Source: Fimicolochytrium jonesii
Lineage: Eukaryota
Assembly (NCBI RefSeq): GCF_025526975.1
Contig: NW_026515675.1
Coordinates: forward strand, 806,001 to 870,000
DNA length: 64,000 nt
Direction: 5' to 3'
Shown: one piece after another, positions 47,292-60,452 of the stretch
How positions within the stretch are numbered: the stretch's first letter is position 1
Layout of the letters: each line of letters opens with the position of its first letter
Program-made: the position numbers and the translations under genes
The notes under the pieces: generated by a model
The model's input: only the letters and a program-made list of their open reading frames with translations
Told to the model about the DNA's origin: nothing
Database searches by the model: none

Positions 47292-48695
47292 CTACCGCTG
47301 ATTCCAATGCGCAGGGTTAACCCCCCCACCCTGCTGCTGCGAAAACTGCCCCGGCTGCTGATGCGGGCTGGGTTGCCCCGACCCCCCAAACTGCCCCAAC
47401 GCCGCAAGTTGCTGCTGGGCCGCCGCGACCTGTTGCTGCGCGGCCGCGTACTGCTGGTGGGCGAGGGCTTGTTGTTGGAGGGCTTGTTCGTAGGAGAAGT
47501 TGGATGTGGGTTGGGCCGCCTGGGTGTAGAGCTGTTGCTGTTGTTGGGGCTGGTAGAGGTTTTGTTGGGGTTGCGATTGCTGGTAGAGTTGGGGCGATGG
47601 GTATCCCTGGATGGCGGGATTAGAGAGGCCGGCCAGTTGTTGTTGTTGTTGGAGGAGTTGCTGTTGGAGTTGTTGTTGTTGGAGCTGGTGCTGTTGTTGA
47701 AGGTATTGCTGCTGTTGGAATTGTTGTGGGGATTGCTGTTGTTGCTGCTGCTGGTATTGGTGCTGTTGTTGTTGCTGCTGCTGTTTTTGCGCTCGCGCGG
47801 TGATGACGGACGGTGCGATGCCACTTAGCGCATCTAGATCTGCGAAATTCTTCCGCTTGACGTCGACTGCTGCGTTGCTGCCGGCCGCCATGTTGAGGAC
47901 CACGTACAAGGCGTTCCCGACACTGCTCCGGTCGACCGTGATCTTATTCGTCAAGACCTGGGCATATGCGATGTTTTAGCATAATCGCCGTGATCTTTTA
48001 CTCAGAGCGTTTCCGACCGAAAAGTGGAAGCCAGAAACTCACATCAAACCAAGTAACACTCTCTCCATGCCACCTCCCGTGCCGTTCCGGATCCTCCCTC
48101 ACAAACCACGACACCATATTCTGCGCAATCAGCTCCGGTGGCGTGAAACCCCCATTAAACCGCACCCATCCATAGACATCCACCGCCGGGTTGATAGGCT
48201 CGTTCCCCGTGAGTGGGCCGGGCCGAAACTGGTCCGTCACGCCTAGCCGCAGCAGGGCACGCGCGACGAGCTTGTGGATCACGCTTTCGGTCATGAAGAG
48301 GAGCACGGTTTCTTGGCCTTGCTGGATGGCCCCGTTTTGCTGCTCAAGCTCGATGGCGCAGGGGGCGGACCATTCGCCGGTTTTGAGACGGAGGACGGCA
48401 ACGCCGCGGTTGCCTTTGCAGATGGCGCATCTGGAAGGGGTTAAAGGTCAGCACTAATGCGATTGGGTACGCGCCAATTTGATACAACGCAGACATCCTC
48501 ATCGCTGACAGCGTCCTCGACCCTTGACCTCCCACCATCGAACTGCCTCTTAGGCATACTCTCAGGTACTCACCCCATAGCGCTCGTGATGTAAACAGAA
48601 GGAATAGCGCCTTGGCGAGGGTCGACGAATGCGCTGAAAGCTTTTGCGGCCTGCTGGCACTCTTCGCCTGCCGTGAGAGCTCTCTGCTGCGACAT
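47292..48695 (-). CDS. Divergent SYLF/Ysc84-domain protein with a Q-rich low-complexity C-terminus
   Basis: Spliced frame gives AFVDPRQGAIP, GNRGVAVLRLKTGEWSAPCAI, TVLLFMT, HGESVTWFDVL; followed by a poly-Q/QQY tail with no SH3 domain. Confidence 0.7.
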
Positions 48696-50257
48696 GATAG
48701 GAGTTGGGGATACCTTGCCTTAGACGGTTGCGGAGAGTTTCTCTTGCGAAGAGACCTGGGGGCTGAGAGGGTAGATGGGTAGGGATGACCTCTCTTTCTT
48801 ATAAAAGCCGCCGCGAATATAATCTGCCGGCCGTTTACGCCAGATCACGTGTCTGAACCCTTCTTTTTAAACAGGCGCGTGAGCAAACGGGCGAACATTT
48901 AGAAGACCTCGTCGAATTGTGTCAATCCAGCAACCATGTACTCGCCCGCGCTGGTGCCCGAAAGGTTGGCCAAATATTTGGAAGGCACGCCGCCCAAAAG
49001 CTAAACCTCGCCGTGTCGCTGGTCCGCGGGAATCGAAGACACTTCCGTTCATTCGAGTCAGCGCCATTCCAACGGAAACATAGGTCAGGTCAAGCATCCA
49101 AGGACCCTTGGGCTCGTCCCAGAGCACGCTCATCCACTGCAGTTCCGAGCCTTCTCCACGCGACGAACTCCGACGTATCTTCATCCTTCGCAGCATACCC
49201 TGGTAGATTCCTTCGCTCATCGAGGGGGAGGTTGATTCCGCCGGCGGTCGTCGTCCTGGAACACTACCGCGATGGGGCACCTCGCCACCAACCATGTTCG
49301 CCATCTCCCCCGTCCTCGCGGGCGTGCCGACGACAAGAAACTTGGAGGATTGCTTCTCTTTGCTCGCAGCCCAGGTGGAACGGGGCTCGGTTGTGGCTTA
49401 CCCCGCGTGGAGGAGCTGCTATCCTCCATCGGGCCCCAATGGTGGTGGTCCTAGCGATGGAGAGATCCGAGTATAGGTCGTTTGTAACCGACACAACGAC
49501 GACGATTTATTCACCATCAAGGGCTCAACACTTGGCCCATGCCTGCAAGTCGACACGACGGACCCAATCGGACAACTCATGACAAGAAATTCAAGGAAAG
49601 CATCTTGCAATCACCGATGGATTGGACGGCGCCGAACCTCCGGAAAAGATTGAAAGCGTGAAGGATTCTGAACTTCCGGGGAGTTCGACCGCGTTGCTTG
49701 ATGGGGGCGAGCGTACTCATCACACTCCCCATTTCGCTGCCTGAGTGACCTCACCGAGATATCTTTTCAATAATTCATGTCGCCACGAAGGAGGTGTGAA
49801 GGGTATTACTTGCCCGCGTTGAAAAGAGAGCGGGAAAGTATCCAGGCCGAGTATAATTGGCACTGTTTGAGCACGGGAGCGTTTTCGCTATGTTTGATTC
49901 GGACACTGGATGTACAGTACTGTACATGTGCATACGCCTATCAGTTGCATGCGCGTGCTGTTCGCTTTTGGGAAGCCTTGGGAAAAGTTTCCGGTGAAAG
50001 CGGATCGCGGGAAGATGTGCAGTGGGAGTTCCTGAACCCAAACGTTCGCAGAATGCTGTTGTTCTGATGTCACATATCTGAAAAAAGCAGTGCCTTCTCT
50101 CGCAGCGCTTTCCTACTACCCGCTCTGCTCTGTGGTATGTGGGCCAGTACCTGTATGTTTATATGTACCATACGCTCTGCACATGTTATGCACTCGCTCC
50201 ACGGCCAGCGGAGTTTCGTACAACAGTATACGAAGATCGTGCGCTTTTGCTATGGAA

Positions 50258-51404
50258 CTAACTACACTCCTCGTTGTCGTTCTCGGCGTCTTCGTTGCCA
50301 TTCTGGCTCCCATCATCATCATCATCCGCCGCAGGCTCCAGCCCTTGAAACTGTGGGAGGTCCAAGTAGGATTGACAGTCAACCATACGCCCGAGTGGTT
50401 CTCCTCCGAGAGCCAGAGTGAAGTTTCGCATCACGTCTCGCATCCATCCCTCCACCGTATGCGCCGAAATGCGATCCAGCCCTTCATGGATAAGATGGGG
50501 CAGGTTGTCTTGGGTGGCTCGGATTTCGTGGCAGCGTATGGATGGCTTCACACTCCCAAACACCCACTCCGCACAACTGAAGAACGGTGTGGACGATGGG
50601 AGCAATTTGAGGGTATGGCCTGCATCTTGAATGATGTCTTTGATGATGCGGCGACGGTGAAGAGGCGCATTGTCCATAAGGAGGACTTGATTGGGCTCGT
50701 CAAGTCGGGGAAGCACATCTTCTCGGAGAAGGCTTCAAAGACGGCGGCCGTTGTGGTAGCTCCCATAGTTAAACAAGATGCCAAAACGCCGTGAACCCTT
50801 GAGACTGCGACAAGGAGGGTGTGGTCTGGGCCTCTCTGTCGGTCAACGTGAATAGGACGACGGCCTCGACGAGCCCGGCCCTGTTTGCGATGAAGCTGGA
50901 GGTTGAAACATGCCTTGTCAATATGAATGCAATTATCGAGCGAGAGGCGCTGCATAGCAAATTGTTGACACCATTCCTGGCGGCCAGGATGTTCGTGGGG
51001 TTATTGAAGTCTTCAGGCTCCGTTCGCATCAGTTTCAGGCGATACTGGTCGCTCCCCTTTGTATTGAGGTGCGCGCAAACGGTTCGTTGGGCAATGTGCG
51101 TATGAAAGTGCTCAATCATCATGTCGGTCACGGTTGCGATGGTGAGCGCGGGATCGGCATCGTATTTCTCTCGCACGAACTGGTCCATCTCCTCGGTCAT
51201 TTTCTTGACTCTATTGTTGTTGGCGTGGGCTCTGTGGGTGTCCCCAGTGCGCTTCCACTTCTCGACAATGGATGAGATGGTTGCCCTTGGATATCCGAAG
51301 CGCCGTCCGGTTTCGCCGAGAGAAAGAGCTTCATACATGACTGAATGAATGATTTTCTCACGTATGTCGTTGGGAATCCTATTGTACTTGCCTCTCTGAG
51401 GCAT
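50258..51404 (-). mobile_element. IS630-Tc1-mariner DD34E transposase, pseudogenised by two frameshifts
   Basis: HTH (RRFGYPRATISSIVEKW), CIHIDKACFNL, LLMDNAPLH then 34 residues to E in LLPSSTPFFSCAEWVF; split over three frames. TIRs not found. Confidence 0.9.
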
Positions 51405-51726
51405 ACTGACTCTGTTGTGGCAAGGATGGATATCGACGGAGTTGTTGGGGAACAAACCAATGCAGGGAGGGCGAACGCAAATGAATCCGATGGACGTGCA
51501 CGAAGGCGGAACAGGAGATGTCCATATGCTGGGTTGCCCTGAGATGGACATGTCCGACGCAAGCTGGAACGCGCGCTGGAACAACTGCGAGGAAGGGCCT
51601 CGGTTCTGCATCCACGTCCGCATGGCCAGCCCTCCCTTCCGCCACCTCAATGTGGACCGCCAACACCCCCTTCTCACCCCTCATCCCTCCCCGCACACCC
51701 TCTCCCCCCTTCCACCCCTCATTCCC

Positions 51727-52116
51727 ATGTTGGTAAGCCCCTCAAAATACACCTCCCACTCCTAAACCCCACCCAATCCATCCTCATCCCCACCCGCACG
51801 CAGACCCCCGGCACCGACCGCCTCACCGGCCTCGTCCTCAGCCTCCTCAGCCTCTTCTTCTTCGTCTACTACACCCTCTGGACGATCATCCTCGTAAGCG
51901 CCCCGCATCCTTTCCCATCTCCCATGTTCGCAGATTGCTGACTGGCCCGGAATGATTGAATGATTCATCCAGCCGCTGGTGGACCCATCGCACCCGTTCG
52001 TGCGCGTGTTCCCGGACCCGTCGTGGGCGGTCCGCGGGCCCGTGGTGCTGTTTGTGGGGCTGACCGGGGCGGTCGGGGCGTTTGTGGCTGTTGTTATGAT
52101 TCGGAGTGGGGGGTGA
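51727..52116 (+). CDS. DPM2: Dolichol-phosphate mannosyltransferase subunit 2
   Basis: Exons 51727-51732, ~51804-51893, ~51973-52116: DRLTGLVL..FFFVYYTLWTIILPLVDPSHPFVRVFPDPSWAVRGP. Confidence 0.9.
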
Positions 52117-52597
52117 ATTTCGGAGGTGCCGGATTGGGGGAGTGGACAAAGGCACGGCCAGACTGGGGAGCCGGCTTTTTGAGGATGGATGTATGGAGGC
52201 GGCGCCGCTATGGTAGCGCAGAGGGATTTTTGGAATGTGGGATGAGCAGGACACGGTGCGAATTGCATTGTCTGCAGGTCTTGGGTGAATCCCCCCGATC
52301 TGCTGTACATCTGTATGTACTGTAATATATGTATTCGGTCCAAAAAAAAACCCCACACATCCACGCTGGGTTCACATCCATCGATCGCAAATGTCCATTC
52401 GACCATCTCGCCGCTCATGCGTCATCATCACCGAACCTGCCGACCTTCTTCTCTTGAAGGGACACCACCCCCCGCACGCTCCAAAAAGAAAGCATGCCCC
52501 CACCACTCTGCTCCGCCAGCTCTGCGCCGACACCCGAACCCAACCCCGCTCCGTGCGTGGTCCCATTTCATCCGCCCGCGCCCGCAAAACCCGCATC

Positions 52598-53356
52598 TCA
52601 CCCCCGCCGATAACACCCCAAACAAAACCCGCGTTCCCTGGGCATATCATAACTAAATCGCCCAAAAAACAAACCAAATCAGTACATTCACATCACTCCA
52701 AGCACGGCGGACTTTTTGCGGGGGGTACGTTACTTGACAACCGAACAAACGCCACAAAACCACCCCTCGCACCCCTCGCATCGTCGGCCCGCGGTGTCTG
52801 CGTGGGGGATCCGCGTCCCTCCCGTTCCACCCGCACGCCCGTCGGATGCGGCTACGGGGCGATCGCAGTGGGCGCATCTCCTTTCCGGGAGTGTGTGATG
52901 TACAAGTGGGTGCAGTACATGTGTATGTGTGTGCGTGGACACATTCCGGTCGGATGCGGATGTGAACCAGCGGGACAGGTCGGCGCCCTCCCTCTGCGTG
53001 TGGTCGCTTATGAGCGGTGGTGGAGGCACATGCAGAGTGTCCGCCCGCTCCCCCCGCCTCTCCAGGAACCGCAGCCTTTGCTGCGCCTCAAACAGCCTCT
53101 GTGTCGTCTTATCTACAACCAAAAACCCACTCTATCAACATCCCAAGCTCGAGACTGTGAACAGATGTGCGTGGGGGACGTTACCGTAGACCCCGGGCCA
53201 ATCGACGTCCCCGCGCACGTACTTCCGCATGCTTTCGCAGGTCGGCGGGAAGGGGTTTGTGCGTTTTCGGCTGGGCGGGGGGCGTGGGGGAGGGGTGGCG
53301 GGAGGGGGAGAAGGGGCGGAGGCGGAGGCGGGGTTAGGATGATTGTGATTGGACAT
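52598..53356 (-). CDS. SIVA-like (apoptosis regulator Siva family) zinc-binding protein
   Basis: Spliced: RKRTNPF...GVYDKTTQRLFEAQQ...CAHC...CEGCEGWFCGVCSVV.YDMPRERGFCLGC, mirroring the Siva1 KR..PF, VFEKT..LLF and C-terminal CxxC series. Confidence 0.7.
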
Positions 53357-55037
53357 TGCCGTGAGCATCCTTGAGGGAGGGAGTATGAAGTCTGGATCCG
53401 CGCCGTGGGACGGTTGGGTTATGGGGATCGAGATGAAGGTGGACCGGAGGCTGCTGCTGATGTGGAGTTGCTGGGTGGCGTAATTGAGCTGCTGGCGGAG
53501 GTGTTCAAAACGCTCAACAGCTTCATCAGTCTTCAAAGGAGCAAGCCGACGAGAGTCCGAACGTGCCAGTCGCGTGTTGCTCTCGGACATCCAAAAAGAC
53601 GGGTCTTTCGCTTGACACACCTCCACCAGTCAGTCCACCACGACGTTGCAGCGACAAAATGGTTTCTTATTTACAGTAGACGGTATGGTATGATACACCG
53701 CTGAACAGCATAATCAAATAGAAAAAAAAATGCAGTCGCATGTATGTACTCCCGTCTGCATATACGGGGCTTCCGTTCAATGGCCTCCGCAGTCGGACTT
53801 CAATCCATCAATCCTTATTGTGGCAGATAAACTGAAAGACGCCCATTCGGCACCCATCGGTCAGTTTTCAATGCAGTGGAACCAACTCAATGCAGTTTCC
53901 AATGTCAAAGGTATTGTACATATGTGTACGAGGAAAGCAACCGGTCTGATTGACGTTTTTGCCATCAAGATGTCTGAAGGGCACAAGTCTGTCCCATATC
54001 CAACTACATAACGCCGCCGCCTACTTGCTGACGCAATCAATCCCACACCCTTGAGCAACCGATACCGTTGTTATGATTTGCTCGAGTCAACGGTGCGGTG
54101 GTCCTTCCGCAGACCTCCATCATCGTCGCATCTCCATCCTCTATGCGTTACCTTCCATCCTCTGTCACTGTACGCCGTATGTGTCTATGATTTCGCTGAC
54201 GGTACTAACCTGTGCTATATCCGACGGAACGATGTTAGGCGGAATGTTCGAGCGAGATGGTTCATACCTTCAAAATATCCCATATCGGCCCTTGCGTATC
54301 GATCAAACGATGGACATGGTAACATTGATTCGTCTGTCCACTCCAGATCCACCCATCCTAATCCCCGCCCCCTCCTCTTCGCCCAACTCAAAACATCTAA
54401 ATATCTTTCATTCCTTTATTCCTTGGCGTTCTCGCACCGATCTGGCTTGCCAAATCCAGCCACCTTCAGCGTACGCAGCACACCCTCCTCGTCGATATAC
54501 CTTGCGGCGCTCTTTGTTCACAATCTCACCGTTGCGCTTGCTGAGCTTGTAGCACGAGCCCATCGGAGAATGAAAGGGAATGCAGGGTTGCTTTTTGCCA
54601 CGAGGAATTGCGTAATCTTCGTATCCTCGAACTCGTTGCTCCCTCCGATTATCTATCCATGTGGTGACCACTCGGACCCTAATCGTCTTTGCATTATTGT
54701 GCCATAGACCTCAACGGTGAAGGAGCTTCCAAAAACGCTGCTGTTGGGCTAGACATCTTGGCATGCGTGGATATGTTCGCTGATTCCTGTTCATGCACTG
54801 GGAGCGCTCAGGGACTCGGAAGACTGTGGTGGAGCCCGGTTCCAGAAGTGTATATTGTAGTGCAGTGTATGTGTGCTTCCGCCGACGGGGCTTTGCAAGT
54901 TGGTCTGAATTGGTCAGAATTGTGTAAGTGAAAGTGGACTCTGACGAGTTGCGCGAACTTCAGAGTTTTTGGCATCCCGCACCAGGTTGCAGACATTGCT
55001 TGCCCATCTGTCCTCCGCAAAGAAGCCCAGCACAGCA

Positions 55038-55758
55038 ATGTCTGGAGTAATAACAAACCCCGTGCAGGTACATACCACCATCACCACACCCTCCTACTCC
55101 GGCTAGCCCCTTCCACCCTCCCACTCGAGTCCCCGCGATTAACCCCCCATTCTCCCCTAGCTCGGCACAAAAGCGCACAAAATCTACGTGACCCGCCTGT
55201 ACCGTCGCTCCCTCCGCCTCGCACAGGACTGGTACTGGCAACGAGTGGAGTTCCGCCAGAAGGCGGTGCAGATCCGGCAGCTGTTCGATGAGGGGAAACA
55301 ATTGGACAACCCGAAGCATGTGGAGGCGTTGTTGGGGAAGACGGAATTGATATTGGCGACGTATTATCACCCGCAGCCTTACTTCAGTACGTATGCTAGG
55401 ACTGGAGTTGGAGGCGGGGGAGCGGGGAGAGTTGGATATGGAGAAGGGGGGGCTGGGACATTATCGCGGAATCCTTGGGGTGACACGGCAGGATCGCCTC
55501 TCGAGCCTGCCTTCCTCGCCGCTGATACAGTCACCAACGCATATCTGACGCCTCTTCTTCTCCTTTCCACAAATAGGCCCGGCAGCACCAGGCGGTTCCA
55601 AGTGGGAGCGAAACATTCCATTCCCAGAGGAGGTAAGCAAGCGCCTTCAACCTCTTCTCACATTCCTTTACCGCCCTAGCCCCCCCCCCAACCTGACCCC
55701 CCGTTCTTCCATCTTGCAGCTTATCAAACGCGGCGTCACCATCTTCGACAACAACTAA
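55038..55758 (+). CDS. NDUFB9: NADH:ubiquinone oxidoreductase B22 subunit (LYR family)
   Basis: HKIYVTRLYRRSLRLAQDW, YYHPQPY..PAAPGGSKWERN; 4 exons. Confidence 0.93.
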
Positions 55759-56645
55759 AAAAAGAAGCGGGAATCGGAACGCCAAAAAACCCCCCCGTCG
55801 GGCTCGTGTTTCTTTTATCGTCAGACTCTTCCCCCCTTTTGTGCGCTTCTTAGGCCCCTCCAATATACCCATATGGGAAAAAAAAAGAAAGTCGCTTTCT
55901 CTCCCTCGTCGTTCTCCCGATTACTGGTGGGCGGGAAGTTCGAGTCTGTAAGCAGCGGGAAAAAAAATCGTGGGATTGCTTTCCGCAGACGCTGGTTTTG
56001 GGGGGACCCAGGGACAACCCCGATATCCACCCGGTCGAGCACGATTTAGCAGTTGGAGACTCGGGGGGGCACAGACAAAGGATATGTGTCCCATTCAAGG
56101 ATTCGGAGTGCTGGATGAAAAACCATACTGGCTGGCGGACGGCGCTTGGCGAGCACGGGAGGGATTAAGGGGACGGGCTGATGTTTGTTCCGATCTACCG
56201 ACAGTGGGGGATTTTGATGAAAACATCCCACCGCAATGCAGGATTAGGCTCCGAGACCAGATCACCGTTTCGGGATATTCCACACTCTTCCATTCCAACC
56301 GACCGACCAAACCCCGGGCCATTTACCAGACCCAACGTTGGGCGAACAAACCCGGACTCCTTTCAAATTTTCCCACAATGGCACACAAAACAAACCCCCA
56401 TTTCGGCACTAACACGGGTCTGAGGGGGGGAAACTTCTTTATATTCTGTACACCGGCAGGCCATTACAAAATTGTGAAACTTGTTGTATGTTGATGGGGG
56501 ATGTACGGGAAGGTAGCTATGTTCCGCCCTTCCCCGACCTTCCAGGGGACGATTCTATACAAGGGGGTTTAATATGAAAGCGCGCTGGGACCGTCTCATG
56601 CACCGCACGCGTCGCCCTCAAATATTTCACAACAGCTCGCATTTT

Positions 56646-59561
56646 TCATCCGAGCACAACCAAAACCGCCGCCGGCAAACCCGTCCCCCGTTCCATACCC
56701 TCCGTCTGCCCTGCATCCACACCAGCATTCGCATTCGCAGGGGCCCCACCCGCAGGATTCCTCCCCCCACTCCCAAACATCTCCCAAATCCTCCTCAAAA
56801 ACCCTCTTCGTTCCGGCGGGGTCTGATCCTGCGTTTGGCGGGAGGTGTCCACTGAGAAGGGGAGCGGTTCGTCGGATGTCGGGGGACGGCCGAGGGGGGT
56901 GAAGGGGTTGAAGGGGGTTTGCGGGGTGGTGGGTGTTGTTGTTGTGGGTGCGGTGGGTGTTGTGGAGACCGCCTTTTCGCGGCAAAGGGGGCAGGAGTTG
57001 ACGTATTGGGTTAGCCACTGTTGGATGCGAGAGAAGGCAGTTTGTGAGTATATTTCGCGTATAAAGATATGTTATTTGATCGAGCGGATTTGAGAGACTG
57101 ACCTGATCCAAGCAAGGTTTATGGAATCCATGCCGGCACCCCATAACGCGAATTTCATCATCTGCTTCATACGGCGACAGGCAAATCATACACTTTTCGC
57201 GGGTGGCGGGTACCAAGTCCTCGATCCGCAGGGAGACGCGGCGAGACGATTCCGTCGGCTTATCCTCCTGCGTCTCCATCTCCGTTTCCGTCTCCGTTTT
57301 TCGCCCTTTGCCTTTATCCTCCTCAACAGGTTCGAGCGGTGGTGGCCCGTCAATGTCCATGCTGACTTGTGAGTTATCGCTGAACTTGAAAACAGGCAGT
57401 TCCCTATCCACGTCGTCCATGGTGGCGTTCCGTGGACGCGCTGGACCGAGCAACTCCGCCAACCGTAGAAAATCTTCGTACGACATGCCGCCCCCACCGG
57501 CTGGCATGCCCGCCCCGGTTCCACCGCCAGCGGCTCCATCCTCCATGGCCAGTTCGTCGGCGATGTCGAGACTGAGGGTTCCACCTAAGAGTCCGCCTGG
57601 CCCGTTCATAGAGCCCTCTCGGAGCATGTTGGTGACTATTTGTAACATGATGGAGATGGCGAGCTCTTCTACGATGTTGCGTGCCGGTCGTGGGCTAACT
57701 TGCATTTGCATCGGAAGGATGCGGTGTGTATGCGGGCTAGCGGCGCCGCCGGTCGGTGGATCAGATGAAGCCGTTCCTGGTTGTCTAGCATTGCCTGCAG
57801 TGGCCGTAGCTTGGGTAGAGTTTGAGGCGCCTTGCGATGGCGAGGAGGCTTCACCGAACAATGATGGCAAGACGGCAATTTCACTCAGGGCATCTCTTAG
57901 ACTTCCGCTCGGTGGTTGCCCCGGTCCCAACGGATGCCCACTGCCTTGATTTGTTTGCGCAGTGGGGGCGCCAGTCTGTGTGCCTGTCTGTGTTGGCAGA
58001 CCGCCTGCTGCCGCTCCCGCTTCAGATGGGATGAAGTAGATCATGAAACTCATCGATCTCCTGGCTAACGCTTCGGCTTCTGCTGGTGAGAGGTCTGCAG
58101 GTGGCGTGGCACCCGTCCCTTCCGCCGAGGTATTCGCATTCTCGGCTGTTGGTTCAGATGTATCCGAAATTCCCAACCCGCCTGGTATGCCTGTGGAAGA
58201 CGGACCGACAGACGCACTTGGAGCGGAGTCGCTGGAGAACTCGCCAAAGAGGCCTCTGCTCCGGGATGATGGTTCTGCCGATGAGGTAGCGCTCGAGTCC
58301 CCTGCGTTCCTTGTTTGTGAATTAGTGCCTGCTGCGCGATTGGCCCCCGCTGTTCGATCCCTACTTGATCGCCCAATGAGGATCAGAACCGGGATAGGAG
58401 TTCGTGAGGCATCAGGCCCGGGTAGAGTAGCGTGCGTAGACCGACTGCCACGACCTGGCCGCACGGTCCGCTGTCTGATACGGTCACGTATCGCTCGAAG
58501 GAACGGAGACCTGAGGCTTGTGGAAGGCTCAGCAGCTGCTTCATTCTGCGGTCCTGCCCCCGCCGCACTCTGCGCAAGTGTAGCATTCAGTAACTCGGAA
58601 AAATCTGGGATCGCTGGTGGTTGAGTCGCCGAATTGGTCTCTGGATTCGAGGCGGAGGCGGGGTTTGGTGTGCGGGCATCCATTGAGCTGAGGAAGGCTT
58701 CCAGCATGGCTCGAAACGCGGGATTTGAGTCGGGATCTGTCGCCGTCCGAGTCCGAGCTTCTCGGGCACGCGATTCGTCAACAGTTGCCGATGTGGGTGA
58801 TGGCGGTGTGTGATACTGCTCCCATGTTTCAGGGGCCTCTTGGCTTGATGCTGGATCTGGCAGGGAGGAAACAAGCGGTTAGTCTCATCTCGAAGGTTCT
58901 GAAGACCTCTTCCACAGCCCATGCGACTCACCAGACGATCCCGAGGCGCTGGGTCGGCTATCAAGCTGCGGTGTTGAGATGTCCATGTCCATGGGTTCAC
59001 TTTCATCTTCCTCAACGACCCTCGAAGGCACTGAAGTTCTCCGCCTAAGCCTCCTTCGTAAACCTTCAGAACTTCCGGGCTGAGTTGCCTGAGAACTCGA
59101 ACTTCCCGCGTCTCTCGCGGAGCGAAGCCTTCTGAGAACTCTAAGAGCCTGTGCTCGCGCATGCGACGACGGTCCGTCTTCTTCCGCAGAGCTGTTACCG
59201 ATCGGATTCGACCCTGAACTGTGCACCACAAGTCCTTCCGAAGTCACGATTTGGCCCCGATTCTGGGCAGCGCGGCTGATCAGCGAGGATGGGATCAACG
59301 GCAAGTAGTTAGAAAGCTCACGCCTGCGGCTGTTTCTGTGATCCGAGTGACGGTGCACTAGCCTAGACGGGGATTCTATTTGCTGAGGAGTAGCTACGAG
59401 TATGATTGCGTAGGATTATCAGTCAACACGTCAAGAACGACTGCCACCCGCAACCACCGGCCTCACAGAAACCTACCTTCATTGGGTGCCGCTGACCGCA
59501 AGGCTTCCTGCTCGTCGGGTTGCGTGTCGGGCGGAGGTATTGTCGACTGCTGGCTCCCCAT
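56646..59561 (-). CDS. RING-H2 E3 ubiquitin ligase with a long disordered N-terminus
   Basis: MSYEDFLRLAELLGP, CMICLSPYEADDEIRVMGCRHGFHKPCLDQ|WLTQYVNSCPLCR; predicted start MGSQQS. Confidence 0.85.
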
Positions 59562-60452
59562 GTTTGTATTGCCGAAACTTGAAGTGGGATACGAAGCGGT
59601 CGCAACTCCGCAAAAGCGGCGCACGTACAGTACTTCACGGGTTGGTGGTGCTGCTAATGGACCGGCAGGAACGTAGCGGGGCAGGGTGTTATCCTTTTCC
59701 GCAGCCGGGGCGGGATGAGGCTACAGTCGTTGGGTTTTAATTAGCGGCGGGGCAGCTATATGCGGGGAATAGCTTGCAGGATTGGGTGCGTGGGAAAGCC
59801 CGTTCGTTGGTCGTCGGGCCGTCGTCCCCTTGTTATGATTTGATATGGAGCACCTCCGACTACTATTGAGCCATCGACGTGGCCACACACAGTTTTCTAC
59901 GTATTCATCACTGTTACTAATCACTAGCGAGAAGTCACTGTCTCACGTGACCGGGTTATCTTCTGGGAGTCTTCTGCCCATGTCCGAGCGAGACTCATGA
60001 TGCCGAATCGGACGGCGTGCGTTATCACGCGAAACGTCACAACCACAAAATGCGGGAATGTCATGCCCCCCCCCGCCCCCCCTTCCCCCCTTTTGAGGAT
60101 GCTGACAACAACAACCCCCGGAACTGTGCTTTGTGCTTTTGGCAACCTGCAACTGCAACTGCATATCCTCAGAACACAGCTTTCTCCCACCCACCACCAC
60201 CGCTCTGCCCATAAGCACAACTTATCCGGACGCACTGGGTCGTCCTTCTCCGCTCCAAAGTCAAGGACGCAAACTCTCGAAAACTCATTCCAATATCTCC
60301 GTCTCCGAACCTCCTGCTGCGATTTTCCAACTATCTGTCGCTTCCTATCGGAACAGTTCCAGTCTCCCTCGCAGTACAACCACAACCAGCCAGACAGACC
60401 TCTACACCCTTCAACAAAAGCTAGAGTCTATCGGCGGTGATTGTCGTTCCGA

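Noticed and set aside
48867..49610. ORFs of 145-221 aa between the SYLF gene and the transposase
   Set aside because: No recognisable motifs or splice structure; compatible with chance ORFs in GC-rich DNA or highly decayed sequence.
53400..54930. Possible additional - strand gene or pseudogene upstream of the SIVA-like gene
   Set aside because: Short coding-like stretches with stops; I could not build a consistent exon chain or recognise a domain.
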